DNA from: an uncultured Spirochaetota bacterium
GTDB taxonomy: Bacteria; Spirochaetota; Spirochaetia; SZUA-6; Fen-1364
NCBI GenBank assembly: GCA_963734545.1
Contig: CAVTHO010000007.1
Coordinates: 384,001-448,000 of the forward strand
Reading direction: 5' to 3'
DNA length: 64,000 nt
How positions within the stretch are numbered: position 1 is the first letter of the stretch; every line of letters starts with the position of its first letter. This document shows positions 8,027 to 18,314 of the stretch, piece by piece. A model generated the notes under the pieces. That model did not search any database, was not told where the DNA came from, and saw nothing but the letters and a program-made list of their open reading frames with translations. The translations under genes and the position numbers were made by a program.

Positions 8027-11005
8027 ATGGAAACCCGTGACAGGATCGGCGCATTCGACGTGCTTTCCCGACGCGAAATACCCGAGTATCGCGCGCGCGG
8101 CGTGCATCTTCGGCACACGCGCACCGGCTGCGAGGTCATGCACCTCGAGGCGGCGGATACCGAGAACCTGTTCGCGTTCTGCTTTGCCACCCCGCCGCGT
8201 GACGACACGGGTGTTTCGCACATCATCGAGCACTCCGTCCTGAGCGGCTCCCGCGCGTACCCGCTCAAGGAGCCGTTCTCCGCGCTCATGAAAGGAAGCA
8301 TGCACACCTTCCTCAACGCCCTGACCTATCCGGACAGGACCGTCTACCCGGCGGCAAGCTGCAATCGCGCGGACTTCTTCAATGTGCTCTCCGTGTATGG
8401 TGACGCGGTATTTCATCCCCTGCTCCGAAAGGAAACGTTCATGCAGGAGGCATGGCGCCTGGAGGAGGAGGGGAATGGAACCGGCGGTTTGAAATATGCC
8501 GGAATCGTCTACAATGAGATGAAGGGAGTCTACTCGAGTCCTGATTCCATCGTTGCGGAATTGACGACACGGTCGCTTTTTCCCGACACGCCCTACCGGT
8601 TCGATTCGGGCGGGGATCCCCGCTCCATACCCTCTCTCACGCTGGAGTCGGCACGCGAGTTTCACGCACGCTACTACCACCCCTCGAACTGCAAGATCTT
8701 CCTCTACGGTGATATCCCGCTGCCGGACGTCCTCGGATTCCTTGAGGAAAAATTCCTTTCGGATTTCGACGCGTCACGCATTGACGCCGGTATACCCGCG
8801 CAAAGACGCTGGGACAGCCCGCGGCGGCTGGAGAAGACCTACCCGGTCAAGCCGGATACCCCCCTGGAGGGAAGGACGAGCGTGACGGTGAGCTGGCTGC
8901 TGCCTGCCGTCACCGACTCGGTGGCGCTGGTGACGCATGAAGTCCTCTCCGAGGTTCTCATAGAGAGCGCCGGTTCTCCGCTCCGAAAAGCACTCGTCGA
9001 TTCCGGGCTGGGAGAGGATCTGTCCCCTGTCAGCGGGCTGGAAACTGACCTGAAGGAGATGATTTTTGCGGTAGGCCTGCGAGGGGCCGAGCCGGACAGG
9101 GAAAAGAAGATCGAATCGCTCATCCTGGACACTCTGCATGCACTCTCGAAGGACGGGCTGGATCGGAATCTTGTCCAGTCCATGATCAATCGGGTGGAGT
9201 TCAGGCACCGGGAGATAAGGGGCAATGGGTCCCCCTATGCGCTCCGCCTCATGGGCCGCGCGCTCCGCGGGTGGGTTCACGGCATGGATCCTTTTTCCTC
9301 CCTCGAGTTCTCCGCTTCAATGAAGGAATTGAAGGCGCGGTTCGCCGGGAACCCGCGGTACCTGGAGGAGTGCCTTGACCGGAGCTTTTTCTCCAATCCG
9401 CATCGACTCACCCTTCTTGTCCGTCCTGACAGGGGCCAGGAGGCGCGGGAGGCGGCGGAGGACAAGGAGCGTCTGGACGCAGCCATACGAAGCCTTTCCG
9501 CGGAACAGATGGAGGCGGTGCGGAGCGAAGCGCGGCTGTTCCGCGCGTACCAGCTGGCCCCGGATTCGCCGCAATCTCTGGCGCTCATCCCCTCCCTTCG
9601 ACGCGCCGACCTCCCGCGGGAGGTGGAGAAGATCCCGATCGTCGATACCCGGACCCCGTCGGGTATTCCACTGGCCCTGCATGACATTTTTACCAACGAG
9701 ATTGTCTACCTGGACCTCGCTTTTCCCACGAACGACTTGACGGGTGAGCTTTCACTCCTGCTCCCGCTCTTCGGCAAGACCGTGTGCGGGACCGGTCTCC
9801 CCGGCCTGCGCTACGACCAGGTTGCGCTGGAGCTCTTCCGCCTGACCGGCGGGTTTTCCGCTGCCCTTGATGCCGGGGGAATCGTCGGACAGCCGGACGG
9901 CATTGGCCAATATGCGTTCTTCCGGTTCCGTTGTCTGCGCCAGAATCTCCCCGAAGCGGCGAACCTGGTGGCCCGGCTGGTCCAGGCAGCCGATTTTCGC
10001 GACCTCGCGCGGCTTCGCGACATACTGGTCGAGCTCCGCAATGACATGAAAGCCGCCCTCGTTCCGGGAGGCCACCAGTTCGCGATGCTCCGGGCGGCCA
10101 GCATGCTCTCCGCATCGGTTGCGCGGGAAGAAGAGTGGCGCGGCATCACCCAGCTCCTTTTCCTGGAGGGGCTGGTGGAGGGTATAGACGAGAAGCTGCC
10201 CCGTATCGCCGAGCGGCTCGAGGAAATCCGCCGGACTCTCCTGGTCCGGCCCCGGCTGATCGCCAATGCCACCGCGGGGAGCGATTCATTCGCGCAGGTC
10301 GCCCGGGCGGTAGATCTCATTGCGGCAGGCTGCGCGGAGCGGCTCCCTGCGGGGGAGCATGGCAATGCATCGTCGCGGCCGGCGGCCCAGGCACCGCAGC
10401 AGGAAAAAATCCGCGCGGAATCGTTCCTTGCAAGCGCTTCCGTCGGGTACATTGCCCGTGCCATTCCCGGCTTCCACTACGACCACCCGCTGAACGGCCC
10501 GGGCGCGGTCCTCGGCCATCTTCTCTCGACGGGGTACCTCTGGGAAAAGGTGCGCATGGAAGGAGGCGCCTACGGGGCGTTCTCCTACCCGCGCAACACG
10601 GACGGGCTTTTCCTGTTCGGCTCCTACAGGGACCCGCATATCACGCACACCCTCCACGCCTTCGGCGACGGTTTGCAGCTGATGGAGAATGGCGAGCTTG
10701 CCGACACGGAGGTTGAGAAAGCGGTCATAGGCACGATCGGCCGGGAAGACCGACCCATCGACCCGGGGGAGAAGGGATTCGTCAGCCTGCAGCGCAAGCT
10801 GCACGGCGTCACCGACGCTGCCCGGCAGGCCCGCCGGGAGAGGCTCCTCGCGGTGGACAGGCGCGCGGTGGGTCGGGCTGCGGCGGCGCTCCAGGAAGGG
10901 TTCGCTCAGGGCTTCACGGCCATCATCGCCAACCGCCAGACGGTGGCGGATGCGGCGGTGGAAATGCCCGAGCTCGGCCGCAGGGTCGTCGATCTTCCCG
11001 AGTAG
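8027..11005 (+). CDS. M16C insulinase-family metallopeptidase (presequence protease PreP-like)
   Basis: HIIEH zinc motif, FLNALTYPDRTVYP, VYNEMKG, VRMEGGAYGA. Confidence 0.92.
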   Translation: METRDRIGAFDVLSRREIPEYRARGVHLRHTRTGCEVMHLEAADTENLFAFCFATPPRDDTGVSHIIEHSVLSGSRAYPLKEPFSALMKGSMHTFLNALTYPDRTVYPAASCNRADFFNVLSVYGDAVFHPLLRKETFMQEAWRLEEEGNGTGGLKYAGIVYNEMKGVYSSPDSIVAELTTRSLFPDTPYRFDSGGDPRSIPSLTLESAREFHARYYHPSNCKIFLYGDIPLPDVLGFLEEKFLSDFDASRIDAGIPAQRRWDSPRRLEKTYPVKPDTPLEGRTSVTVSWLLPAVTDSVALVTHEVLSEVLIESAGSPLRKALVDSGLGEDLSPVSGLETDLKEMIFAVGLRGAEPDREKKIESLILDTLHALSKDGLDRNLVQSMINRVEFRHREIRGNGSPYALRLMGRALRGWVHGMDPFSSLEFSASMKELKARFAGNPRYLEECLDRSFFSNPHRLTLLVRPDRGQEAREAAEDKERLDAAIRSLSAEQMEAVRSEARLFRAYQLAPDSPQSLALIPSLRRADLPREVEKIPIVDTRTPSGIPLALHDIFTNEIVYLDLAFPTNDLTGELSLLLPLFGKTVCGTGLPGLRYDQVALELFRLTGGFSAALDAGGIVGQPDGIGQYAFFRFRCLRQNLPEAANLVARLVQAADFRDLARLRDILVELRNDMKAALVPGGHQFAMLRAASMLSASVAREEEWRGITQLLFLEGLVEGIDEKLPRIAERLEEIRRTLLVRPRLIANATAGSDSFAQVARAVDLIAAGCAERLPAGEHGNASSRPAAQAPQQEKIRAESFLASASVGYIARAIPGFHYDHPLNGPGAVLGHLLSTGYLWEKVRMEGGAYGAFSYPRNTDGLFLFGSYRDPHITHTLHAFGDGLQLMENGELADTEVEKAVIGTIGREDRPIDPGEKGFVSLQRKLHGVTDAARQARRERLLAVDRRAVGRAAAALQEGFAQGFTAIIANRQTVADAAVEMPELGRRVVDLPE

Positions 11006-11018
11006 GATACGGCAACAG

Positions 11019-11945
11019 ATGAATCTCGAAGCATTCGTACTTGGCACCGGCGGCATGATGCCCCTGCCCGGCAGGGGGCTGACGTCCGTCCTCGTGCGGA
11101 GGGAAGGGGAGCTGTTCCTCTTCGACTGCGGGGAGGGCACGCAGATCGGCCTCCGGCGGTTGAACCTGCGATGGAAGAAAATCACGAGCATTTTCATCTC
11201 TCACACGCATGCGGATCACGTGACCGGCCTTCCCGGCATCCTTATGCTCTCTTCCCAGGTGGATCGGGACGAGCCGCTCTATATCTACGGGCCTCCGAAA
11301 ATCCGGGATTTTGTCGAGGCAATGCGGCGGACGCTCGACATGTACATCAACTATGAAATCGTCGTGCGGGAAGTGGAAGGGAGCCTGGTCCTCGTACAGG
11401 CCGAGGACTACGCAATCCGCTGTCACCCACTCGTCCATACGAAGCCGTGTCTCGCGTACAGCATCGAGGAGAACATGAGGCCGGGCATCTTCTTTCCCGA
11501 AAAGGCCCAGGCCCTCGGCGTGCCGCGCGGTCCGATGTGGTCCCAGCTTCAGGGGGGAGAGAATGTGTGCCTCCCGGATGGAACGGTCGTGCAGCCCGCC
11601 CAGGTCATGGGAAGCGAGCGGAAGGGGAGGAAGTTCTGCTTTGCCACGGACACGGTCGTCGCTCCCGGTCTCGCGGAGTTTGCGAGAAACGCTGATCTGT
11701 TCATTTGCGAAGGAATGTTCGCGGACGAGCTGGCGGAAAGCGCCGCGGACAAGAAGCACCTGACGGCGACCCAGGCAGCGCGCATTGCGAGGGAAGGCGC
11801 CGTGAAACAGCTCGGCCTCATCCACTACAGCCCGCGCTATTCCGAGCGGGAGCTGAAGAAACTACTGGGGGAGGCGCGCGAGATATTCCCCGCGTCGTTT
11901 CTCACAAAGGACCTTCAACACATCGAGATGCCCTTCGACGATTAA
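11019..11945 (+). CDS. rnz: Ribonuclease Z
   Basis: LGTGGMMP, FDCGEGTQ, SHTHADHVTG, exosite GVPRGP, HYSPRY. Confidence 0.95.
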   Translation: MNLEAFVLGTGGMMPLPGRGLTSVLVRREGELFLFDCGEGTQIGLRRLNLRWKKITSIFISHTHADHVTGLPGILMLSSQVDRDEPLYIYGPPKIRDFVEAMRRTLDMYINYEIVVREVEGSLVLVQAEDYAIRCHPLVHTKPCLAYSIEENMRPGIFFPEKAQALGVPRGPMWSQLQGGENVCLPDGTVVQPAQVMGSERKGRKFCFATDTVVAPGLAEFARNADLFICEGMFADELAESAADKKHLTATQAARIAREGAVKQLGLIHYSPRYSERELKKLLGEAREIFPASFLTKDLQHIEMPFDD

Positions 11946-11972
11946 CCTGTACCGGGCAGACGAAGTCCGCCC

Positions 11973-12716
11973 TCAACAATTCGAGCGGTGCCCCGCGTTG
12001 GCCTCGTACGCCGATATCCTCGCGGCAAACCCTGCCAGGGCGTCGAACGTCTCTTTCCGGGCGGCTGCCGCGTCACCCGCGAGCACGGCGGCCGCGATCC
12101 TTCGGTTGGCAGGCAGGACCTCGGCATTATAGGCGATCTCTTCGGGCGTCATGCCCACGTCCCCGATGGACAGGGAGAACTCCGCGTCCATGAACAGGCG
12201 CATCAGAAGCTCCTCCACGACCTTGAGGAGCCGGTTTCCCGTGAGCTCTGCCAGAAGGATGTAGAACTCCCATCCTCTCTTCGAGCCGCCGTGGGTCCTG
12301 AAATCGCATTCGTGTGCCGCAAGGAGAGAGGAGATTCTCGCGGCCCCCTCCGGGGTCATCTGCCGGGCCGCGGCTTCCGCGATCACGGGCTCGATAAGCT
12401 GCCGGGCCTGCATCAGATCGGCGAGAGAAAGGTGCGTCAGGCTCAGGTAGTTGGCAAGCACGCTGATTCCCATTGTAGGGGCCATGTCGAGCACTATGTT
12501 CCCCCCGCCGGGTCCGCGCTTGCGCGTGATATGCCCGTATTTTTCCAGGGTCTGGAGGGCCTCACCGAGGACGGTCTTGCTCACGTGAAATCGCTCGACC
12601 AGGTTGAACTCCGGCGGCAGGCGGTCCCCCGGCTTCAATTTGCCTTCCAGGATCATTTTCCATATCTCTTCGACAATCAGATCGGATTCTTTTTGCGGCG
12701 CACTCGCGCTTCTCAT
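11973..12716 (-). CDS. GntR/FadR family transcriptional regulator
   Basis: LKPGDRLPPE..L..RFHVSKTVLGEAL wHTH followed by an FCD-like C-terminal domain. Confidence 0.9.
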   Translation of the reverse strand: MRSASAPQKESDLIVEEIWKMILEGKLKPGDRLPPEFNLVERFHVSKTVLGEALQTLEKYGHITRKRGPGGGNIVLDMAPTMGISVLANYLSLTHLSLADLMQARQLIEPVIAEAAARQMTPEGAARISSLLAAHECDFRTHGGSKRGWEFYILLAELTGNRLLKVVEELLMRLFMDAEFSLSIGDVGMTPEEIAYNAEVLPANRRIAAAVLAGDAAAARKETFDALAGFAARISAYEANAGHRSNC

Positions 12717-12717
12717 T

Positions 12718-12756
12718 TGCGCAGATAGTAGATTCTGCGCAGCCGCTTGTCTACAA
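12718..12756. promoter_or_regulatory. GntR promoter (- strand) overlapped by candidate operator palindromes
   Basis: Minus-strand TAGACA-17-TACTAT. Inverted repeat TGCGCAGA-N8-TCTGCGCA and near-palindrome TTGTCTACAA (12747-12756) over the -35 box. Confidence 0.5.
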
Positions 12757-12837
12757 AAATCCCCGGCCGGGCAATTGCTCAGGCATCGTGCGGCCCGGGC
12801 TCTGGACGAGAGGGCGAAGGCCCTTTAGGCTGACCGG

Positions 12838-13762
12838 ATGAAGATTGCCATGATCGGGTCGGGGGCCATGGGCTCCCTTTTCGGGGGAAAGCTTTCGCTC
12901 GCCGGACATGAAGTCGTCCTCTACGACGTGTACGAGGAGCATGTGGAAAAGGTCGCGCGGGACGGGCTTTGCATCGAGGATGCCGCCACGGGTGCGGTCA
13001 CCACGGCCCGCCCTCGGGCGAGCGTTGACCCCGGAGCCGTCGAGGGATCAGAGGTTCTCGTGTTCTTCGTCAAGTCGACGGCAACCGGGCAGGCGGCGGC
13101 CCAATTTGCGCCGTTCGCGGGAAAAGATACAATCGCTCTCACACTCCAGAACGGCCTGGGCAATGAGGGGATCATCCGCCGCTTCTTCGGCCCCGAGAGA
13201 ACAGCGGCAGGGGTCACCTCCCAGGGTGCGACATTCCTCGGTCCCGGCCGCATCCGGCATGCCGGCAAGGGACCCACCCATATCGCCATGTCGGACGGGA
13301 AGAACGAGAAGCTCGCCGCACTTGCGGAGGCTCTGGGCAGGGCCGGATTCGAGACTCACGTGGAGAAAGACGTGGCCGCGCTCGTGTGGAGCAAGCTGGT
13401 GATCAATGTGGGCATCAACGCGCTCACGGCAATCAGCGGGCAGCCCAACGGGAAGCTGCTGGAGTCCGAGGAAGCGAAGGCTGTCATGGCGGACCTCGTG
13501 GCAGAAGCGGTGGCGGTGGCCAGGGCGAGCGGCATCCGCATTGCCTACGAGGACCCGCTTGCCACTGTCTACGGCGTGGCGGGAAGAACAGGGGCAAACC
13601 GCTCTTCCATGCTGCAGGATTTCGACAAGGGGCGTCGAGACGGAAATCGACTTCATGAACGGCGCAATCGTTCGGGAGGCTGCCGCCCGGGGCGTCGCGG
13701 TGCCCGTGAACCTCACCATCACCCGGCTGATCAAAATGCTGGAGAAGGCGGGGAAGGCGTGA
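12838..13762 (+). CDS. panE: 2-dehydropantoate 2-reductase, with a +1 frameshift near 13630
   Basis: GSGAMG, VKS, LQNGLG, WSKLVINVGIN.LTA, SSMLQD; continues in another frame as TEIDFMNGAIV to the stop at 13762. Confidence 0.88.
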
Positions 13763-15006
13763 TCAATGCGCGGGAAAAGAAGCTTCTCTCGCGTATCGAC
13801 CGGGATGAGCTCGTGCGCCTCACCTCGGATCTCGTGCGCATCGATTCCGTCATCCGGCCCGAAACAGGCGGCACCGAGCGGGACGTCGTCACCCATATCG
13901 CGGGCTGGATCAGACGCGAGCTCGCCCTGGAGCCATTGATCGATGAGGTGGAACCGGGCAGGCAGAACATCATCGTCACCCTCGATTCGGGCGTGCCGGG
14001 ACCGTGCCTCATGCTGGAAGGTCACACGGACGTGGTGAGCGAAGGCAGCCGGGAGAGCTGGACGCACGATCCCTTCGGAGGGGAAGTCATTGACGGGCGG
14101 ATCTACGGCCGGGGTGCCTGCGACATGAAAGCGGGGATCGCGGTTGCCCTCGCCGTCGTCAAGGCCTTCCGCACGGCGGGTGTCCCGTGGGCCGGCAGGA
14201 TCCGGCTGGGTCTCGTGTGTGATGAGGAAGGAATGATGCTCGGCATCAAGCATTTCATCCGCAAGGGGCACGCGGATGACGTCAATGCCTGTCTTGTGCC
14301 CGAGCCCGAAGAGAACAATCTCTGCCTCAGCATGAAGGGGGCTATCCGGGCCGTCCTGCGGGTGCACGGCAGGATGGCGCATGGAGCAATGCCGCTCGCG
14401 GGAATCAATCCCAACACGCGATTGGCGAGGATCATCCTCGCCTTCGAGCGGTTCGAGGCGGAAGAAAAGACCCGCTGCGGGAAGGACGAGTTCCTCGGGC
14501 TGCCCTCCGTCACTTTCACGGTGGTACAGAGTCCTCCGGCGGGAAGCCCTGCGCAGCTCAATGTCATGCCGGGCGAGGCACAGGCGTTCATCGACATCCG
14601 CACCACCCTGGCGCAGAACCATGATGCGGTCAGGGAGAACCTTCGCAGGATCCTCCGTGACCTTGCGGCGGCGGATCCTGACTTCAGCGCAGACTTGGAT
14701 TTCATCGAGGACCGCCCCGTGGTCGGTATCTCGAAGGAAGAGCCGATCGCCAGGGTGTCGGCGGAGGCATTCAGGGAGATAACGGGCAGGGAGCCGGTCT
14801 GGAACGGCGTGCCGGGCGCAACGGATGGCACCTTTCTCAGCTCCGAGAAGCACATCCCATGCCTGGTCAATGGTCCAGGCCCGCGCCACATTCCCCACCA
14901 GGCCGACGAGTACGTGGAGATCGACGAGCTGGAGGAATGCGCAAAGATCTACGTGCTTTCGGTGTCCAGGTACCTGTCTCAGACTGATATCTCAGGGACG
15001 CGTTGA
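13759..15006 (+). CDS. M20 family amidohydrolase (ArgE/DapE-like)
   Basis: GTG start overlaps the panE stop (GTGA). EGHTDVV, GRGACDMKAG, DEE, EPE, GATDG, HQADE. Confidence 0.9.
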   Translation: MINAREKKLLSRIDRDELVRLTSDLVRIDSVIRPETGGTERDVVTHIAGWIRRELALEPLIDEVEPGRQNIIVTLDSGVPGPCLMLEGHTDVVSEGSRESWTHDPFGGEVIDGRIYGRGACDMKAGIAVALAVVKAFRTAGVPWAGRIRLGLVCDEEGMMLGIKHFIRKGHADDVNACLVPEPEENNLCLSMKGAIRAVLRVHGRMAHGAMPLAGINPNTRLARIILAFERFEAEEKTRCGKDEFLGLPSVTFTVVQSPPAGSPAQLNVMPGEAQAFIDIRTTLAQNHDAVRENLRRILRDLAAADPDFSADLDFIEDRPVVGISKEEPIARVSAEAFREITGREPVWNGVPGATDGTFLSSEKHIPCLVNGPGPRHIPHQADEYVEIDELEECAKIYVLSVSRYLSQTDISGTR

Positions 15007-15031
15007 CACGGGAGTACTGATTTTCTAAACT
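15003..15031 (+). promoter_or_regulatory. sigma70-type promoter for the ABC operon
   Basis: TTGACA-17 bp-TAAACT overlapping the M20 stop codon. Confidence 0.65.
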
Positions 15032-15043
15032 CCGCTCAACGAT

Positions 15044-15811
15044 ATGGACGGCTGCCTGTTGCAAGTCACGGGTTTGAGCAAGTACTTCGGCGCCATCCAG
15101 GCGCTGAACGGAGTCGATATCGGCATTGCGGAAGGCAGCATACACGGGATCATCGGACCGAACGGGTCCGGGAAAACGACACTTTTCAATTGCGTGACAG
15201 GCCTGCTCAAGCCCACGGCCGGCCGGGTACTGCTGGAAGGCCGGGACATTACCCATCAGAGGCCGTCTCACATCGCGCACATGGGCGTCAGGCGCACATT
15301 CCAGGCAGGCAAGCTGGTCCCCGGCCTGACTGTGATCGAGAACGTGATGGCCGGGGTCAACGACGCGATAGGCAGGGCAACGGTCGATGCCGCCCTTCGG
15401 CTCCCATTCGTGCGTTCCCGGCGCGAGTCGGAAATAAGGGAGCGCGCGGCGCGCATTCTCGGGCTCGTCGGCATGGAGGAGAGCGCGGAACGCTGGGCAA
15501 GCGACCTGGTGTGGACAGAGCGGCAGCTCGTGCAGATCGCGCGCGCTCTTGTTGCAGAGCCGAAGCTTCTCCTCCTGGACGAGCCGGGCTCGGGCATGGG
15601 CCGCCGGGAAATCCAGAAGGTCGAGGAAATCATTCGCCGCATCCGGGACATGGGCATCACGGTCGTTGTGGTCAGCCACGACGTGAAGATGCTCATGAAC
15701 CTTTCGGATCTCGTCACGGTGCTGAACTTCGGGTTGAAGATCGCGGAAGGCGTGCCTGCCGAAATCCAGGCGGATCCCCGGGTGCTGGAGGCGTATCTTG
15801 GCGCTGAATAG
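15044..15811 (+). CDS. Liv-type ABC transporter ATP-binding protein (LivG-like)
   Basis: GPNGSGKTT, RTFQ, LLLLDEP, SHD, V.EAYLG. Confidence 0.92.
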   Translation: MDGCLLQVTGLSKYFGAIQALNGVDIGIAEGSIHGIIGPNGSGKTTLFNCVTGLLKPTAGRVLLEGRDITHQRPSHIAHMGVRRTFQAGKLVPGLTVIENVMAGVNDAIGRATVDAALRLPFVRSRRESEIRERAARILGLVGMEESAERWASDLVWTERQLVQIARALVAEPKLLLLDEPGSGMGRREIQKVEEIIRRIRDMGITVVVVSHDVKMLMNLSDLVTVLNFGLKIAEGVPAEIQADPRVLEAYLGAE

Positions 15812-16517
15812 CACGCCCCTGCTGTCCGTGGACAATCTTTCGGTCTCGTACGGGCACATCAATGCGCTGAAGGGCGCGACCCTCCAGGTGTTCCCCGGAG
15901 AGATCGTGGTGCTGATCGGCGCCAATGGGGCGGGCAAGACGACCCTCCTGGAGACGGTGCTCGGAATCAACGCGCTCACGACCGGCAGCATCAACTTCGA
16001 CGGCGCCTCCATCGGCGGGGTCAACGCGGACCGCAATGTGCGCGCGGGGCTGTGCCTCGTGCCGGAAGGCCGCGGAGTCTTTTCCTCGATGAACGTCCTG
16101 GACAACCTTCTCCTGGGCGCCCATCACAACATGCGCAATGTGGCCAGGAATCTGCGCCGCGTGTTCGACTGGTTTCCCATTCTCGAGAAGCGGCGGAACC
16201 AGATTGCGCGGACATTGAGCGGCGGGGAGCGCCAGATGCTGGCCATCGGCAGGGCGCTCATGTCCGCGCCGAAGCTCATCATGGTTGACGAGCCCTCCAT
16301 CGGGCTTGCCCCCATAGTCGTGAACGACATTTTCACCATCCTTGCGCGGCTCAACCACGAGGGATATGCAATTCTGCTCTCGGAGCAGAACGCCTACAAG
16401 GCCTTGAAATGCGCGCATCGCGGGTACGTGCTGGAAACAGGGGTGGTCACCCTCTCCGGAACCGCCGATGAGCTTCTGAATGACCCCGGCGTCAAAGAAG
16501 CGTATCTGGGAGCATAG
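15798..16517 (+). CDS. Liv-type ABC transporter ATP-binding protein (LivF-like)
   Basis: GANGAGKTT, VPEGRGVF, LSGGERQMLAIGRAL, EQNA. Confidence 0.92.
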   Translation: MALNSTPLLSVDNLSVSYGHINALKGATLQVFPGEIVVLIGANGAGKTTLLETVLGINALTTGSINFDGASIGGVNADRNVRAGLCLVPEGRGVFSSMNVLDNLLLGAHHNMRNVARNLRRVFDWFPILEKRRNQIARTLSGGERQMLAIGRALMSAPKLIMVDEPSIGLAPIVVNDIFTILARLNHEGYAILLSEQNAYKALKCAHRGYVLETGVVTLSGTADELLNDPGVKEAYLGA

Positions 16518-16519
16518 GA

Positions 16520-17404
16520 ATGCAGGTCTTCATTGCCCAGGTCATCAACGGATTGTCGCTCGGCAGCATATACGTGCTCCTTGTCACCGGCTTCAACCTT
16601 CTCCTCCTCGTTGCCATGATCATCCATTTCTCCTACCCGCAAGTCGTCGTATTCTCGATGTACATCGTGTGGGTCGTGCTGCGGGCCACGGGCAACAACC
16701 TGGTCCTCGGCATCCTGGCAGGAGTCGTCTCCTCTGTTGTGATCAACCTCATCTCGGCACCCCTGTTCCAGAAAGTGATGAAGAAACGCGGAGAGGTCGA
16801 CATCAACAGCACCATGGTCCTTTCGATGGGGATCGGGATGATCATCACGGATGTCCTCTCCCACACTTTCAACCAGGGATTGCCTATCGCGTTTCCCGAC
16901 GCTCTTGCAAGCGATGCGCCCATCGTGCGCCTCGGGCTCATCAGTGTCCTCACCGGACAGGTGTGGTCTCTTGCGGTCGGCATCGCGGCAGTCTCCGCTT
17001 TCTTCCTGCTTCTCTACAGGACCCGGCCGGGCAGGGCATTCCGCGCCATCGCGGAGGACCCGAACGGCGCGCGCCTGGTGGGAATTCCGCTCCTTCGGAC
17101 GGGACTGTACAGCTATGCGCTTTCGGGGGTGCTGGGCGGGGTCATCGCCGTGCTCCTTGCCATGCTTCTGGGATCCGCTTCGCCGGGGCTGGGCGAGCAG
17201 GTGGCGCACAAGGTGCTCGCCGTCTCCATCATCGCCGGACTGGGCCATCTCGCCGGCGGCTTGGTGGTAGGCCTCTTTCTGGGTATTCTTGAGGCAATCG
17301 TGCAGGGCTATATATCAGGCACATGGTCTGACGCGATTGCGTTCGTCATCATGCTGGTGGTGATACTGGCGAGGCCGAAGGGCCTTTTCGGCACCAAGCT
17401 CTAG
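16520..17404 (+). CDS. Liv-type ABC permease (LivH-like)
   Basis: INGLSLGSIY, T..GRAFRAIAED, RPKGLFG; hydrophobic. Confidence 0.9.
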   Translation: MQVFIAQVINGLSLGSIYVLLVTGFNLLLLVAMIIHFSYPQVVVFSMYIVWVVLRATGNNLVLGILAGVVSSVVINLISAPLFQKVMKKRGEVDINSTMVLSMGIGMIITDVLSHTFNQGLPIAFPDALASDAPIVRLGLISVLTGQVWSLAVGIAAVSAFFLLLYRTRPGRAFRAIAEDPNGARLVGIPLLRTGLYSYALSGVLGGVIAVLLAMLLGSASPGLGEQVAHKVLAVSIIAGLGHLAGGLVVGLFLGILEAIVQGYISGTWSDAIAFVIMLVVILARPKGLFGTKL

Positions 17405-17414
17405 GGAGGACGAC

Positions 17415-18305
17415 GTGCCGCTGCCTTTGTACTATTTTCTCGCCATCACGGCCGTCAACGTGCTCATGGCATGGGCGCTGTACCTCCCTTACCGCGTGGG
17501 CCACCTGCACTTCATCACCGTTGCCAACATGGCGATATCGGGCTACACGGCTGCCTGGCTCGTGATGTCCCTGCACGTGCCGTTCGGATGGGCCCTTCTC
17601 GTCGGTTTTGCCCTCGGCGGGATCCTGGGATACATCGTTTCTCTTTTCATCGGTGATGCCCCCACATTCGCCGTGGTGATCGTCGGGTTCACTTTCATCT
17701 ACATAACCCGTACCGTCATCGAAAACCTCAAGGCCGTGGGCGGGACCATGGGAATGTTCGGCCTGCCCAATATCGCCGGAAATCCCGCTGCCCACAGGTG
17801 GATCATCCTCGCGATCCTGTACGGCCTGCTGCTTCTGGTGGGATTTCTCATCCATCGCTTCGACCATTCGCAGCTGGGCCGGGCCGCCTCCGCGGTGTTC
17901 GTTGACAAGGACCTGGCCGCGTCTCTCGGCGTGGATATCCGAAGGCTCGGCATGCAGCTGCAGACGTTCAGCTGCACGATCGCGGGCGGGTGCGGAGTTC
18001 TGTACGGCTTCATCTACAAGAGCTTCCACCTGGATTTCTTCACGTTCGCGCTCGTCGGCATCGCCATGACGATAATCTTCGTGGGCGGGTACGCGACGAT
18101 GTGGGGTTCTCTCGTCCTCGCGCCCATCCTGTACGGTGTCCCGCTCCTGTTTCCGCCCGCCATCCAGTCCTGGCGGATCGTGATCTATGGCGCGCTCCTG
18201 ATTCTCGTGCTCGTGCTGAAACCGGAAGGGTTTGTCACACGGCGGTTCGTCTATTCCCTTGAATCCTTTCTTTCGGGAACCCGGAAGAAAAGAAATACTC
18301 TGTGA
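17415..18305 (+). CDS. Liv-type ABC permease (LivM-like)
   Basis: Hydrophobic; S.LGRA, A.SLGVD, VGG, KPEG. Confidence 0.88.
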   Translation: MPLPLYYFLAITAVNVLMAWALYLPYRVGHLHFITVANMAISGYTAAWLVMSLHVPFGWALLVGFALGGILGYIVSLFIGDAPTFAVVIVGFTFIYITRTVIENLKAVGGTMGMFGLPNIAGNPAAHRWIILAILYGLLLLVGFLIHRFDHSQLGRAASAVFVDKDLAASLGVDIRRLGMQLQTFSCTIAGGCGVLYGFIYKSFHLDFFTFALVGIAMTIIFVGGYATMWGSLVLAPILYGVPLLFPPAIQSWRIVIYGALLILVLVLKPEGFVTRRFVYSLESFLSGTRKKRNTL

Positions 18306-18314
18306 GGAGGATAT

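Noticed and set aside
12838-15006. 722-aa apparent PanE-M20 fusion protein
   Set aside because: The true PanE C-terminus (TEIDFMNG) is in another frame, with a stop overlapping the M20 GTG. One extra G near 13630 explains the fusion.
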